A stretch of DNA of 64,000 nucleotides from Candidatus Aldehydirespirator sp. GTDB taxonomy: Bacteria > Actinomycetota > Acidimicrobiia > Acidimicrobiales > Aldehydirespiratoraceae. This document shows positions 32,234 to 41,500 of this stretch, in pieces. How positions within the stretch are numbered: position 1 is the first letter of the stretch; each line of letters starts with the position of its first letter. Both the position numbers and the translations under genes were made by a program. The stretch covers positions 1,970,091 to 2,034,090 of the forward strand of contig CBDHCM010000006.1 in assembly GCA_965261105.1 (NCBI GenBank), in the 5' to 3' direction. Under the pieces are notes generated by a model, which saw only the letters and a list, made by a program, of their open reading frames with translations, did no database searches and was not told the DNA's origin.

Positions 32234-32749
32234 TCATGAAGCCGAAAGCAGATCTCCTACGGGTCGGGTCTGGCTTGTTCGGGCACGCTTCTTCGAGATA
32301 CGGCTCATGCGGTTGCGGGCGCGACGTCCTGCCTCACCTAGGTCGAGAGTCTCCGTCTTGGTCCGCATGGCCCGCAAGCACACCGGTTCGGTGGCGCTAC
32401 CCAATCGTTTCGACCAGTCGTCGATGTTCCCAAAAACCAACAGCACCAGGTCTTGCCGCCGGAGTTGGCGTCCTCTCGGATCGATCCAGATCACCTGCTG
32501 CTCGCGCTCGGCGCAGAGCAGGATCATATCGAGATTGGACGTCACGATGATCTGACTGGCTCCACTGGCGTGGCTCAGAACAGCCTCATCATCCGAGCCG
32601 CGAACGGGGCTTGGAGGGCTTGCGAGATCGTCGCCTACAAAGGAGACAGGGAACTGAAGCTCCCGGAGGGCAGAGGCCACTCTCCAAGGCAGGTTCTCAT
32701 CGAACAGCAGCCGGATCCCAGCCCGTGCTTCCCGCGATGCCATGGGCAA
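32234..32749 (-). CDS. DUF5615 PIN-like toxin (VapC45 type)
   Basis: LLFDENL, GSDDEAVL, IIVTSN; downstream of a DUF433 gene. Confidence 0.7.
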   Translation of the reverse strand: MPMASREARAGIRLLFDENLPWRVASALRELQFPVSFVGDDLASPPSPVRGSDDEAVLSHASGASQIIVTSNLDMILLCAEREQQVIWIDPRGRQLRRQDLVLLVFGNIDDWSKRLGSATEPVCLRAMRTKTETLDLGEAGRRARNRMSRISKKRARTSQTRPVGDLLSAS

Positions 32750-32755
32750 CCGGAC

Positions 32756-33433
32756 TCAGGCCGCCAAGGCGAGTTCGTAGTCGAGGGCTGATCGCACCTG
32801 CTCGGTGGTGAGCCGGTAGTCGTCGCATAGTTCGATGAGGTCCCATTGATCCGGTTCTTCTAGGTCGAGCAGGCTTGCGAGAAGATGTGTGGGAACCCTT
32901 GTGGCATCCACGCAGGGAGCCCCGGCCTGCACAGAAGGGTTGATCCAGACGCCCGGGTGCGGTCGCCAGATCGAGGCCATGTTCAAGTCGTTGAACGTTA
33001 CGCGCCTGAGCAGCGGCTCGATCATGCCCTGGAATGCCAGCTGTCCACGCATCCCGGCATCCTCCCAATCGCCCGCAATCTCCGCGAAGAACCCGACGCC
33101 GACCGTCGCCAGGCCCTTATGAGCAAATGGGCGGTCCGTGCCGAGAGTCTGCGCCAAGTGTTCGGCACCCCTCGCGATGTGGTCGCGTGGCACTCCTCTA
33201 CTCGTCAGCTCAGCGATCACCCTCAGGCTGAGAAGGTCCCAGAAGCTGAACAGTCCTGCCAGTTCTCCCGTCAGTAGCGGCGGCCGGTCCTTTCTCGGTC
33301 GAGTCCATCCCTCGATCCGTGCCCTTCCTTGCGGGAGTAGGCGCGCCACCTCGCTGATGTCGTAGATGCCCCGGCCTAGGTAGGAGACCATGCCGGAGCC
33401 CGAGGACGTCACTGCGGATATGCCCACGACCAT
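32756..33433 (-). CDS. HTH + DUF433 antitoxin (VapB45 type)
   Basis: YDISEVARLL HTH, FSFWDL, INPSVQAGAPCV..TRVP, YRLTTEQVRSALDYE. Confidence 0.8.
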   Translation of the reverse strand: MVVGISAVTSSGSGMVSYLGRGIYDISEVARLLPQGRARIEGWTRPRKDRPPLLTGELAGLFSFWDLLSLRVIAELTSRGVPRDHIARGAEHLAQTLGTDRPFAHKGLATVGVGFFAEIAGDWEDAGMRGQLAFQGMIEPLLRRVTFNDLNMASIWRPHPGVWINPSVQAGAPCVDATRVPTHLLASLLDLEEPDQWDLIELCDDYRLTTEQVRSALDYELALAA

Positions 33434-33710
33434 CAGAGTAGCTGTGGCATGCGACTAACCGAAACGAGTGTTCGGGGCACGACCGTCAGCGGCGACAGGG
33501 TTGCAGACTCGCGGACATGTTGGCTATGGGGCAGCGGAGCGGGGGTCGGTGCTCCGCACGCCGCGGCCGCCCACAACTCTGCGCACTGTAGCGGCCGCCG
33601 TTCGTGCTCCGACTCCGGCATGGCAACTGCCTACCGGATAGCTTGCGCGTCATCGTGGGCGGTACTTGCCGCGACGGCACGTTTGGAGTGACGACTCGGA
33701 AGGGACGGGC

Positions 33711-35246
33711 GTGGCGACTGATCTTGGTGAACTGCAGAACAAGCTATGGGGGGCGGCGGACCAGCTTCGGGCCAATTCTGGGCTGAAGGCGTCGGAGTAC
33801 GCCTCGCCGGTGCTGGGGCTCATCTTCTTGAGGTATGCCGACGAGCGGTTCGCCCAGACCTCCGAGGCCGTGGGCACGGGCTCTGCTCGCCGTCCGGTCG
33901 GCCCCGACGACTACCAGGCCGCAGGCGCGCTGTACCTGCCCGAACAGTCCCGGTTCGAGACGCTACTCGACCTGCCCGAGGACGCCGACATCGGCAAGGC
34001 CCTGAACCAGGCCATGGGCGGCATCGAGATCTACAACCCAGATCTCCGGGGCATGCTGCCGAGGGACTACTCCCGCATCCCCAACGACATCCTCGGAGAG
34101 TTGCTGCGGCTCCTGCGGGCCCTGCCGGGGGCGATCGAGGGCGACGGGTTCGGGCTCACCTACGAGTACTTCCTCGGCAAGTTCGCGTTCTCCGAAGGCC
34201 AGAAGGGCGGCGAGTTCTTCACCCCCACCTCGATCGTGCGGCTCATCGTGGAAATCCTCGAACCGTTCCACGGAAAGATCTACGACCCTGCGTGCGGCTC
34301 CGGCGGCATGTTCGTGCAGTCGGCCCACTTCGTCGAGCGTCACCGCCGCGACCCGGGCCAGAAGCTGTCCATCTACGGCCAGGAGAAGACCGGCGACACC
34401 GTCCGGCTCGCCAACATGAACCTGGCCGTCCACGGCCTCAGCGGCGACATCCGGGAGGGCAACACCTACTACGAGGACCTCCATGACTCCGTCGGCAACT
34501 TCGACTTCGTCATGGCCAACCCGCCCTTCAACGTCAACAAGATCGACAAGACCAAACTCGCGGACGATCCCAGGTTCCCGTTCGGCCTGCCGAGGCCCGA
34601 CAACGGCAACTACCTATGGGTACAGACCTTCTACTCCGCGCTCAACGACGCTGGCCGAGCCGGATTCGTCATGGCCAACTCCGCGTCGGACGCCCGAGGC
34701 AGCGAACTCGAGATCCGCCGCAAGCTCATCAAGGACCACAGCGTCGACGTGATCATCGCCGTCGGCACGAACATGTTCTACACCGTCACCCTGCCCGTGA
34801 CGCTGTGGTTCCTTGACCGCGGCAAGAAGAACACTGACCGAGCCGACCAGGTGCTCTTCATCGACGCCCGCGAGATCTACAACCAGATCGACCGAGCCCA
34901 CCGCGACTGGACGCCGCAGCACATCGAATTCCTCGCCAACATCGTTCGCCTCTGGCGAGGTGAAGGACCCGAGTTCGACGCAGGAAGCGATGAGATGCTT
35001 ACCGCCGGGCTTTCTGACGGGACGTACGGCGACGTGGCCGGTATCTGCGCCACTGCAACACTCGGGCAGATCGAGGAACAGGGCTGGAGTCTCAACCCTG
35101 GGCGCTATGTGGCCCCTCCAGCACTGATCGACGACGTGGATATCGACCAGGTTCTGCCAGGACTGTCCCAGGAGTTTTCCCGACTCTCCGCTGAGGCTGC
35201 GCGACTCACGGATGCTGTCCGCCAAACCCTTGAGATGATGACGTGA
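33711..35246 (+). CDS. hsdM: Type I R-M methyltransferase subunit
   Basis: [42 protein letters not shown]. Confidence 0.96.
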   Translation: MATDLGELQNKLWGAADQLRANSGLKASEYASPVLGLIFLRYADERFAQTSEAVGTGSARRPVGPDDYQAAGALYLPEQSRFETLLDLPEDADIGKALNQAMGGIEIYNPDLRGMLPRDYSRIPNDILGELLRLLRALPGAIEGDGFGLTYEYFLGKFAFSEGQKGGEFFTPTSIVRLIVEILEPFHGKIYDPACGSGGMFVQSAHFVERHRRDPGQKLSIYGQEKTGDTVRLANMNLAVHGLSGDIREGNTYYEDLHDSVGNFDFVMANPPFNVNKIDKTKLADDPRFPFGLPRPDNGNYLWVQTFYSALNDAGRAGFVMANSASDARGSELEIRRKLIKDHSVDVIIAVGTNMFYTVTLPVTLWFLDRGKKNTDRADQVLFIDAREIYNQIDRAHRDWTPQHIEFLANIVRLWRGEGPEFDAGSDEMLTAGLSDGTYGDVAGICATATLGQIEEQGWSLNPGRYVAPPALIDDVDIDQVLPGLSQEFSRLSAEAARLTDAVRQTLEMMT

Positions 35247-36472
35247 CACATCTATCCGAACTGTGTGTCGCGATTGTCGACTGCGAACACAAGACTGCTC
35301 CGAAGTCCGGGGATGGAACGGGTTACGCACTGGTAAGAACAACAAACATCGGGCGAGGGCGTCTCGACCTGACCAACGTCCACCGAATCGAGGCCACGGC
35401 CTACGAGGAGTGGACGCGTCGCGCAGTGCCTCAACCGGGTGACCTCATCCTTGCGCGAGAGGCACCTGTGGGGAATGTTGCCCTGGTTGCGTCCGGGATG
35501 GAACCGGTCTTAGGACAACGAACTGTCCTAATCAGGCCAGACGAGGAGAAGGTAGATGCGGGCTTCTTAACGTACCGACTGCTAGCACACGACCTACAAC
35601 ATTGGATGAGCGGCGTGGCCAACGGCGCAACGGTACCTCACCTCAATATGGAAGATATCCGCGCATTGCCTATGCCGGAGTTACCGCCACTTCGCGCGCA
35701 AAGCCAGATAGGGGCCACGCTAGCGGTGTTTGACGACTTGATCGAGAACAACCGGCGTCAGATTGAGATATTGGAGGAGATAACTCGATTGTTGTACCGT
35801 AAGTGGTTCGTTCACTTCCGATTCCCGGGGCATGAGGGCGTCGAGTTGGTCGACTCTGATCTCGGTCCGATCCCCGAGGGTTGGGCAGCAGGTGAGTTCT
35901 CGGATCTGGTGTCAGAGATCAAGGATACTGTTCCCCCCGAGGATATAGCAAGAGGCACGCCGGTCGTGGGACTCGAGAACTTGCCGAGACGCTCCACGAC
36001 GCTTCACGAATGGGAGAATGCATTAGACGTTGGAAGTCGGCGCAAGGTCTTCGTCGAGGGTGACATTCTGTTTGGGAAGATTCGTCCCTACTTCCACAAG
36101 GTGGTCGATGCGCCTATCTCTGGGTGTTCGTCGACTGATGCAATTGTCTTCAGACCGAAGGAGCATCGCCTGCGGTGCCGAGCCTTGGCAGTTGCTTCGA
36201 GTGATGAGTTCGTTGGAGTCGCGACTGCAACGTCCAACGGGACGAAGATGCCGAGGGCCAACACCGAGATTCTGATGACTTACGACATTCTTCATCCGAC
36301 CGAGGATGTCGAACGGGCCTTCAGCCAGACGGTAGGACCGATGGGCTCCCTTCGAAAGACCCTTGCAGCGCAGACCCGGAAACTGCGCGAGGCCCGTGAT
36401 CTGCTTCTGCCTCGGCTCGTCTCATGTGAGTCTGATGTGTCTGAGCTTGATTTGGGTCTGGTGGCGGGGTGA
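35243..36472 (+). CDS. hsdS: Type I R-M specificity subunit
   Basis: Two TRDs with conserved spacers (DDLIENNRR...IPEGW; [11 protein letters not shown]); visibly lower GC. Confidence 0.93.
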   Translation: MTHLSELCVAIVDCEHKTAPKSGDGTGYALVRTTNIGRGRLDLTNVHRIEATAYEEWTRRAVPQPGDLILAREAPVGNVALVASGMEPVLGQRTVLIRPDEEKVDAGFLTYRLLAHDLQHWMSGVANGATVPHLNMEDIRALPMPELPPLRAQSQIGATLAVFDDLIENNRRQIEILEEITRLLYRKWFVHFRFPGHEGVELVDSDLGPIPEGWAAGEFSDLVSEIKDTVPPEDIARGTPVVGLENLPRRSTTLHEWENALDVGSRRKVFVEGDILFGKIRPYFHKVVDAPISGCSSTDAIVFRPKEHRLRCRALAVASSDEFVGVATATSNGTKMPRANTEILMTYDILHPTEDVERAFSQTVGPMGSLRKTLAAQTRKLREARDLLLPRLVSCESDVSELDLGLVAG

Positions 36473-39400
36473 GCCCAACGGCTCTGACCGAGGATGGGCT
36501 GGTTGAGCAGCCTGCGCTGCGGCTGTTGTCGCAGTTGGGTTGGGAGGTCGCGTCGGGGTTCGACGAGACCCTAGGGTCTGCGGGCACGCTTGGCCGCGAT
36601 TCGCAGTCCGAGCCGATGCTCGGCCACCGGCTCCGGGACTCGCTACGCAACCTGAACCCGGGCCTTCCTGATGCGGCGATAGTGGAAGCCTCTGAGCTTC
36701 TGATTGGGGATCGGTCGGCGATGGATCGGGTTCGGGCGAACCGCGAGGTCCACGCGCTGCTCCGCGAGGGCGCGAGGGTCGAGACCGCCGGTGACGGTGG
36801 TGAGCGCCGGACGATCACGGTGCGGTTCGTCGACTGGAACCGTGCCGACGCGAACGACTGGCTGGCGGTTTCGCAGTTCTGGCTCGCGGGCGACATGTAC
36901 AAGCGCCGGGCCGACGTGGTGCTGTTCGTCAACGGAATCCCGCTGGTCTTCATCGAGTTGAAGGTCTCGCACAAGAACGTCCGCGACGCGTACGACGGGA
37001 ACCTCCGTGACTACCGCGACACCGTCCCGCACCTGTTCTGGTTTAATGCGTTCGTCGTCCTCTCCAACGGGGCCGACACCCTGGTTGGCTCGACGTTCGC
37101 TCCCTGGGATCACTTCGCTGAGTGGAAGAAGATCAACTCCGAGGGCGAACAGGGCGTGGTGTCGCTTGAGACTGCGCTGCGGGGAACGTGCGAGCGGCAC
37201 CGGCTGCTCGACCTGGTCGAGAACTTCGTCGCCTTCACCGAACGTCCCGGTGGCTTGGTCAAGGCGCTGGCCAAGAACCACCAGTTCCTTGGGGTGAACA
37301 ACTCGCTGGAGGCGCTCCGGGAGTTGCAGCAGCGCGAGGGCCGGCTCGGGGTGTTCTGGCACACCCAGGGGTCGGGCAAGTCGCTGTCGATGCTGTGGTT
37401 CACCCAGAAGGTCTTGCGCAAAGAGCCCGGCAACTGGACCTTCGTGCTGGTCACCGACCGTAAGGAGCTAGACGAACAGCTCTATGGGGACTTCGCCGAT
37501 TCTGGGGTCATCACCTCGGGGCGGGAGGTCCACGCTGAGGCGTCGGTCCATCTCCGCGAGCTGCTGGGCGAGGACCACCGGTACGTGTTCACGCTGATCC
37601 ACAAGTTCATCCCGCCCGAGAAGGGCCAGCGGATGCCGGTGCTGTCCGAGCGCCACGACATCGTGGTCATCACTGATGAGGCCCACCGCTCCCAGTACGA
37701 CACACTGGCCGCCAACATGCGCCTGGCGCTGCCCAACGCCTCGTTCCTCGGGTTCACCGGCACACCGCTCATCGCCGGTGAGGAGGAGACCCGGCGGGTG
37801 TTCGGCGACTACGTGTCGATCTACAACTTCCGGGACTCCATCGCCGACGGGGCTACCGTCCCGCTCTACTACGAGAACCGCATCCCGGAGCTGCAGCTCA
37901 CCAACGACGATTTCGACGACGAGCTGGAAGACCTCCTGGAGGAGGCTGCGCTCGACGACGCCCAAGAGAAGGCGGTGGCGCGCCGCTTCTCCAAGCAGTA
38001 CGAGCTGATCACCCGGCCCCAGCGCCTGAAGGAGATCGCCGAGGATCTGGTCCACCATTTCGTTAATCGGGGTTTCAGGGGCAAGGCCATGTACGTGGCC
38101 ATCGACAAGGCCACCGCGGTGCGCATGTACGACCTAGTCGAGGCCGAGTGGGCCCGCTACCTGGCCGAACTCGAAGACCGGCTGGCGGGCACGCCTGAAC
38201 TGGAGCGCCCGCACCTGGAGTCGCTCATCGAGTTCATGCGCAGCACCGACATGGCCGTGGTGGTGTCGCAGGCCCAGAACGAGGTGGCCGACATGGCCGC
38301 GGCCGGGCTCGACATCGCCAAGCACCGCACGCGGATAGTCAACGAGGACCTCGACTCCAAGTTCAAGGACCCCGACGACCCGTTCCGGCTGGTGTTCGTG
38401 TGCGCCATGTGGCTCACCGGCTTCGACTCGCCGTCGACATCGTCGGTGTATCTCGACAAGCCGATGCGCAACCACCTGCTGATGCAGACCATCGCCCGAG
38501 CCAACCGGGTATTCCCCGACAAGGACAACGGTCTCATCGTCGACTACGTGGGCGTGTTCCGCAACCTGGAGAGGGCCCTCGCCATCTACGGCGCTGACCG
38601 CACCGCATCCGGCGTCGACTCCCCCATCCGACCCAAGGACGACCTGATCGCCGAGCTGGACGCCGCGCTGACGGAGGTCACCGAGTTCTGCGATGCCAAC
38701 GACATCGATCTCGCCGACATGGAGGCCGCGCAGGGATTCGAGTTCGTCGCTCTCCAGAAGGCGGCCGTCGAAGCGCTGCGCATTGACGAACAGACCCGCC
38801 GACGGTATGTGTCGCTGGCCCGGCGGGTCCGCAAGACATTCAAAGCGCTGCTGCCTGATCCTGAGGCGCTCGCGGTCACCCACCGCGTGGCAGTGATCCG
38901 CTCGATTGCTTCGAAGATCGAATCGTTGTCGGAGGCGCCCGACATCAGCAAGGTGGTGGACTCGGTGTCGGACCTGCTGGACCGCTCGGTCGGCGCTAGG
39001 GAGTACATCATCCGCTCTGCCGGTGGGGCCGATCCGCTGATCGACCTCAACCAGCTCGACTTCGAGCAGCTCGCCCTGCGCTTCGCCGCCAACAAGCGCA
39101 CCGCGGCCAACGCCATCGAGAAGAACATCGACCAGCGGCTCGACGACGCGGTGCGCAAGAACCCGACACGGCTGGAGCTGGCCGAGCGGTTCCGGCAACT
39201 CATCGACGAGTACAACGCCGGCACCCACAACCTCGAGGAGTTCCTGCGCCGGCTCAAGGCCATCAACGACGAATTGACCGACGAAGAACAGCGAGCCGTC
39301 CGAGAAGACGCCACCGAGGCAGAGCTGGCCATCTTCGACCTGCTCACCAAGCCCGAGCCGGAGCTGACCAAGGTCGAAGCGCTCACGGTGAAGGGCGCAG

Positions 39401-40269
39401 CCAAGAAGCTGCTGGGACACATCGAGGACAAGCTCGTCCTCGACTGGAAGCGCCGCCAACAGACCCGCTCAGCCGTGAGGGTCGCTGTCAGGGATGTCCT
39501 TGACGCCGAGTTGCCCGAGGCTTACGGCCCCGAGTTATTCGACCGAAAGGTCGACGTCATTTTCGACCACATCTACGCCAGCTACTTCGACAACGGTGCA
39601 AGCGTCTACGACGCCCCTGATGCCAGTGTTGGCGTAGGCGCTGCGGTTGCGACGCTGCCGACGACCACCGAGGAGATCGGCGACGATCTGCTGGCTCACG
39701 TTCGCTCCGATCCCGAACTATTCGCCCGGCTCATGGAGACAGTTTTCGGCGCGAGCGCCACCTGGGCGTGCCCCACCGAGCAACTCCTTGTCCGCGACGA
39801 GACGCGAGCCGTCGAGTACAAGCAGACCGCCCGATGGAACGTGCGGGAGCAGCGCAGGGATAAGACGATGGAGCAAGTCGTCATCAAGACCGTCGCGGGC
39901 ATGCTCAACGACCGGGGCGGAACCCTACTGGTCGGCGCCACCGACGGCGGCGAGCCCGTCGGCCTCGCCGACGACTACGCCCAGGTCAAACCCCCCAGCG
40001 CCGACGGCTACGTGAACTGGCTGGACACGCTGTTCGAGAACCAGCTCGGCCACCCAGGCGCCAGCCGGGTCACCATCCGCATCGACCAGGTAGACGGCCA
40101 CGACGTCTGCCGCATCGACGTACCCGCCAGCTCCCGCCCCATCTGGGTCAAGAACAACAACGGCCCCGACACCATCTACCAACGCCGCAACAACTCCACG
40201 CGGCCAGTGCCGCCAGCCGAGATTGACAACTTCATCGCCGAGCGATTCGGAATTCAGCATGCGAGTTGA
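36469..40269 (+). CDS. hsdR: Type I R-M restriction subunit with C-terminal Schlafen/AlbA_2-like domain
   Basis: DVVLFVNGIPLVFIELK nuclease, QGSGKS, DEAHR, TGFD, QTIARANR; extra domain from about 39781. Confidence 0.93.
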   Translation: MSPTALTEDGLVEQPALRLLSQLGWEVASGFDETLGSAGTLGRDSQSEPMLGHRLRDSLRNLNPGLPDAAIVEASELLIGDRSAMDRVRANREVHALLREGARVETAGDGGERRTITVRFVDWNRADANDWLAVSQFWLAGDMYKRRADVVLFVNGIPLVFIELKVSHKNVRDAYDGNLRDYRDTVPHLFWFNAFVVLSNGADTLVGSTFAPWDHFAEWKKINSEGEQGVVSLETALRGTCERHRLLDLVENFVAFTERPGGLVKALAKNHQFLGVNNSLEALRELQQREGRLGVFWHTQGSGKSLSMLWFTQKVLRKEPGNWTFVLVTDRKELDEQLYGDFADSGVITSGREVHAEASVHLRELLGEDHRYVFTLIHKFIPPEKGQRMPVLSERHDIVVITDEAHRSQYDTLAANMRLALPNASFLGFTGTPLIAGEEETRRVFGDYVSIYNFRDSIADGATVPLYYENRIPELQLTNDDFDDELEDLLEEAALDDAQEKAVARRFSKQYELITRPQRLKEIAEDLVHHFVNRGFRGKAMYVAIDKATAVRMYDLVEAEWARYLAELEDRLAGTPELERPHLESLIEFMRSTDMAVVVSQAQNEVADMAAAGLDIAKHRTRIVNEDLDSKFKDPDDPFRLVFVCAMWLTGFDSPSTSSVYLDKPMRNHLLMQTIARANRVFPDKDNGLIVDYVGVFRNLERALAIYGADRTASGVDSPIRPKDDLIAELDAALTEVTEFCDANDIDLADMEAAQGFEFVALQKAAVEALRIDEQTRRRYVSLARRVRKTFKALLPDPEALAVTHRVAVIRSIASKIESLSEAPDISKVVDSVSDLLDRSVGAREYIIRSAGGADPLIDLNQLDFEQLALRFAANKRTAANAIEKNIDQRLDDAVRKNPTRLELAERFRQLIDEYNAGTHNLEEFLRRLKAINDELTDEEQRAVREDATEAELAIFDLLTKPEPELTKVEALTVKGAAKKLLGHIEDKLVLDWKRRQQTRSAVRVAVRDVLDAELPEAYGPELFDRKVDVIFDHIYASYFDNGASVYDAPDASVGVGAAVATLPTTTEEIGDDLLAHVRSDPELFARLMETVFGASATWACPTEQLLVRDETRAVEYKQTARWNVREQRRDKTMEQVVIKTVAGMLNDRGGTLLVGATDGGEPVGLADDYAQVKPPSADGYVNWLDTLFENQLGHPGASRVTIRIDQVDGHDVCRIDVPASSRPIWVKNNNGPDTIYQRRNNSTRPVPPAEIDNFIAERFGIQHAS

Positions 40270-40307
40270 GGCGAACTGCGCCGATCCAACCGATACCGAC
40301 CTGCCGT

Positions 40308-41402
40308 CTAGTGTCCTGTCTGGGGAATTCGTTGGATATATGAGGTGAGGTTGTCGAGTATCTCGTCTGCGGTCTTGTGCCATATGAAGGGTCTGGGGTT
40401 GTTGTTCCAGTTGTCGGTCCAGGCGTTGATGGAGTCTTTGAGGTCTGTGACGCTGGTGTGGGCGCCGCGGCGGATCCATTTTGTGGTGAGCTCTGAGAAC
40501 CAGCGCTCGACGAGGTTCATCCAGGAGCTGTAGGTGGGGGTGAAGTGGAAGCTGAAGCGGGGGTGGCGCACCAGCCAGCGCCCGATGGCGGGGGTCTTGT
40601 GGGTGGAGACGTTGTCCAGCACGATGTGCACCGCGAGGCCCTCGGGGACTTCTTTGTCGATGAGGTTCAGGAACTTGCGGAACTCCTCTGAGCGGTGCCG
40701 GGGCGTCATGGATGTGATGACGTTGCCGGTGGCGGCGTCGAGCGCGGCGAACAGGTTGGTGGTGCCGTGTCGGCGGTAGTCGTGGGTGCGCCGCTGGGGC
40801 GTGCCCGGCATCAGCGGCAGGATCGGGGCGGTGCGGTCCAGCGCCTGGATGCCGGTCTTCTCGTCGACGCAGAGCACCACCGCGGCCTCGGGCGGGTTCA
40901 AATACAGCCCGGCGACGTCTCTGACCTTGTCGACGAACTGCGGGTCCGGCGACAGCTTGAACTCCCCCACGAGGTGCGGCTTGAGCCCGAACGCCCGCCA
41001 GATGGAGTGCACCGAGGACCGCGAGATGCCCACCGCGGCGGCCATCGACCGAGTCGACCAGTGCGTCGCGTCGCGCGGGGCGGACTCCAGGGTGCGCACG
41101 ACCACCTCCTCGACCTTGGCATCGCCGATGGTGCGCGGCGGCCCCGGCCGCGGGTCGTCACAGAGCCCGTCGAGGCGCCGCGACGCGAACCTGGTGCGCC
41201 ACTTGGCGACCGTCGCGGGATGGCACCCCAGCCCCGCGGCGATCTCCTTGTTGTAGCGGCCCTCGGCCGCGGCCAGCACGATACGGCACCGCAACGCCAG
41301 AGCCTGAGACGACTTCGGCCGGCGCGCCCACCGCTCAAGCGTCTCGCGCTCCTCGCCGCTGAGCTCGACCACAACCGCCGGCCGTCCCCGCCGTGTGCCC
41401 AT
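40308..41402 (-). CDS. IS630 family transposase
   Basis: CVDEK, VLDNVSTH, SSWMNLVERWF. Confidence 0.95.
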   Translation of the reverse strand: MGTRRGRPAVVVELSGEERETLERWARRPKSSQALALRCRIVLAAAEGRYNKEIAAGLGCHPATVAKWRTRFASRRLDGLCDDPRPGPPRTIGDAKVEEVVVRTLESAPRDATHWSTRSMAAAVGISRSSVHSIWRAFGLKPHLVGEFKLSPDPQFVDKVRDVAGLYLNPPEAAVVLCVDEKTGIQALDRTAPILPLMPGTPQRRTHDYRRHGTTNLFAALDAATGNVITSMTPRHRSEEFRKFLNLIDKEVPEGLAVHIVLDNVSTHKTPAIGRWLVRHPRFSFHFTPTYSSWMNLVERWFSELTTKWIRRGAHTSVTDLKDSINAWTDNWNNNPRPFIWHKTADEILDNLTSYIQRIPQTGH

Positions 41403-41486
41403 CGCCGCCCCCGATCATCGCCTGCGACGGTCCACCCTACCGCCCCGGCCACACAAACGCGACCAACTAACCAGACAGAACACTAG
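40308..41486 (-). mobile_element. IS630 family insertion sequence
   Basis: Ends CTAGTGTCCTGTCTGG / CCAGACAGAACACTAG; CTAG (TA core) at both ends. Confidence 0.92.
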
Positions 41487-41500
41487 AAGGAGCCTTAACA

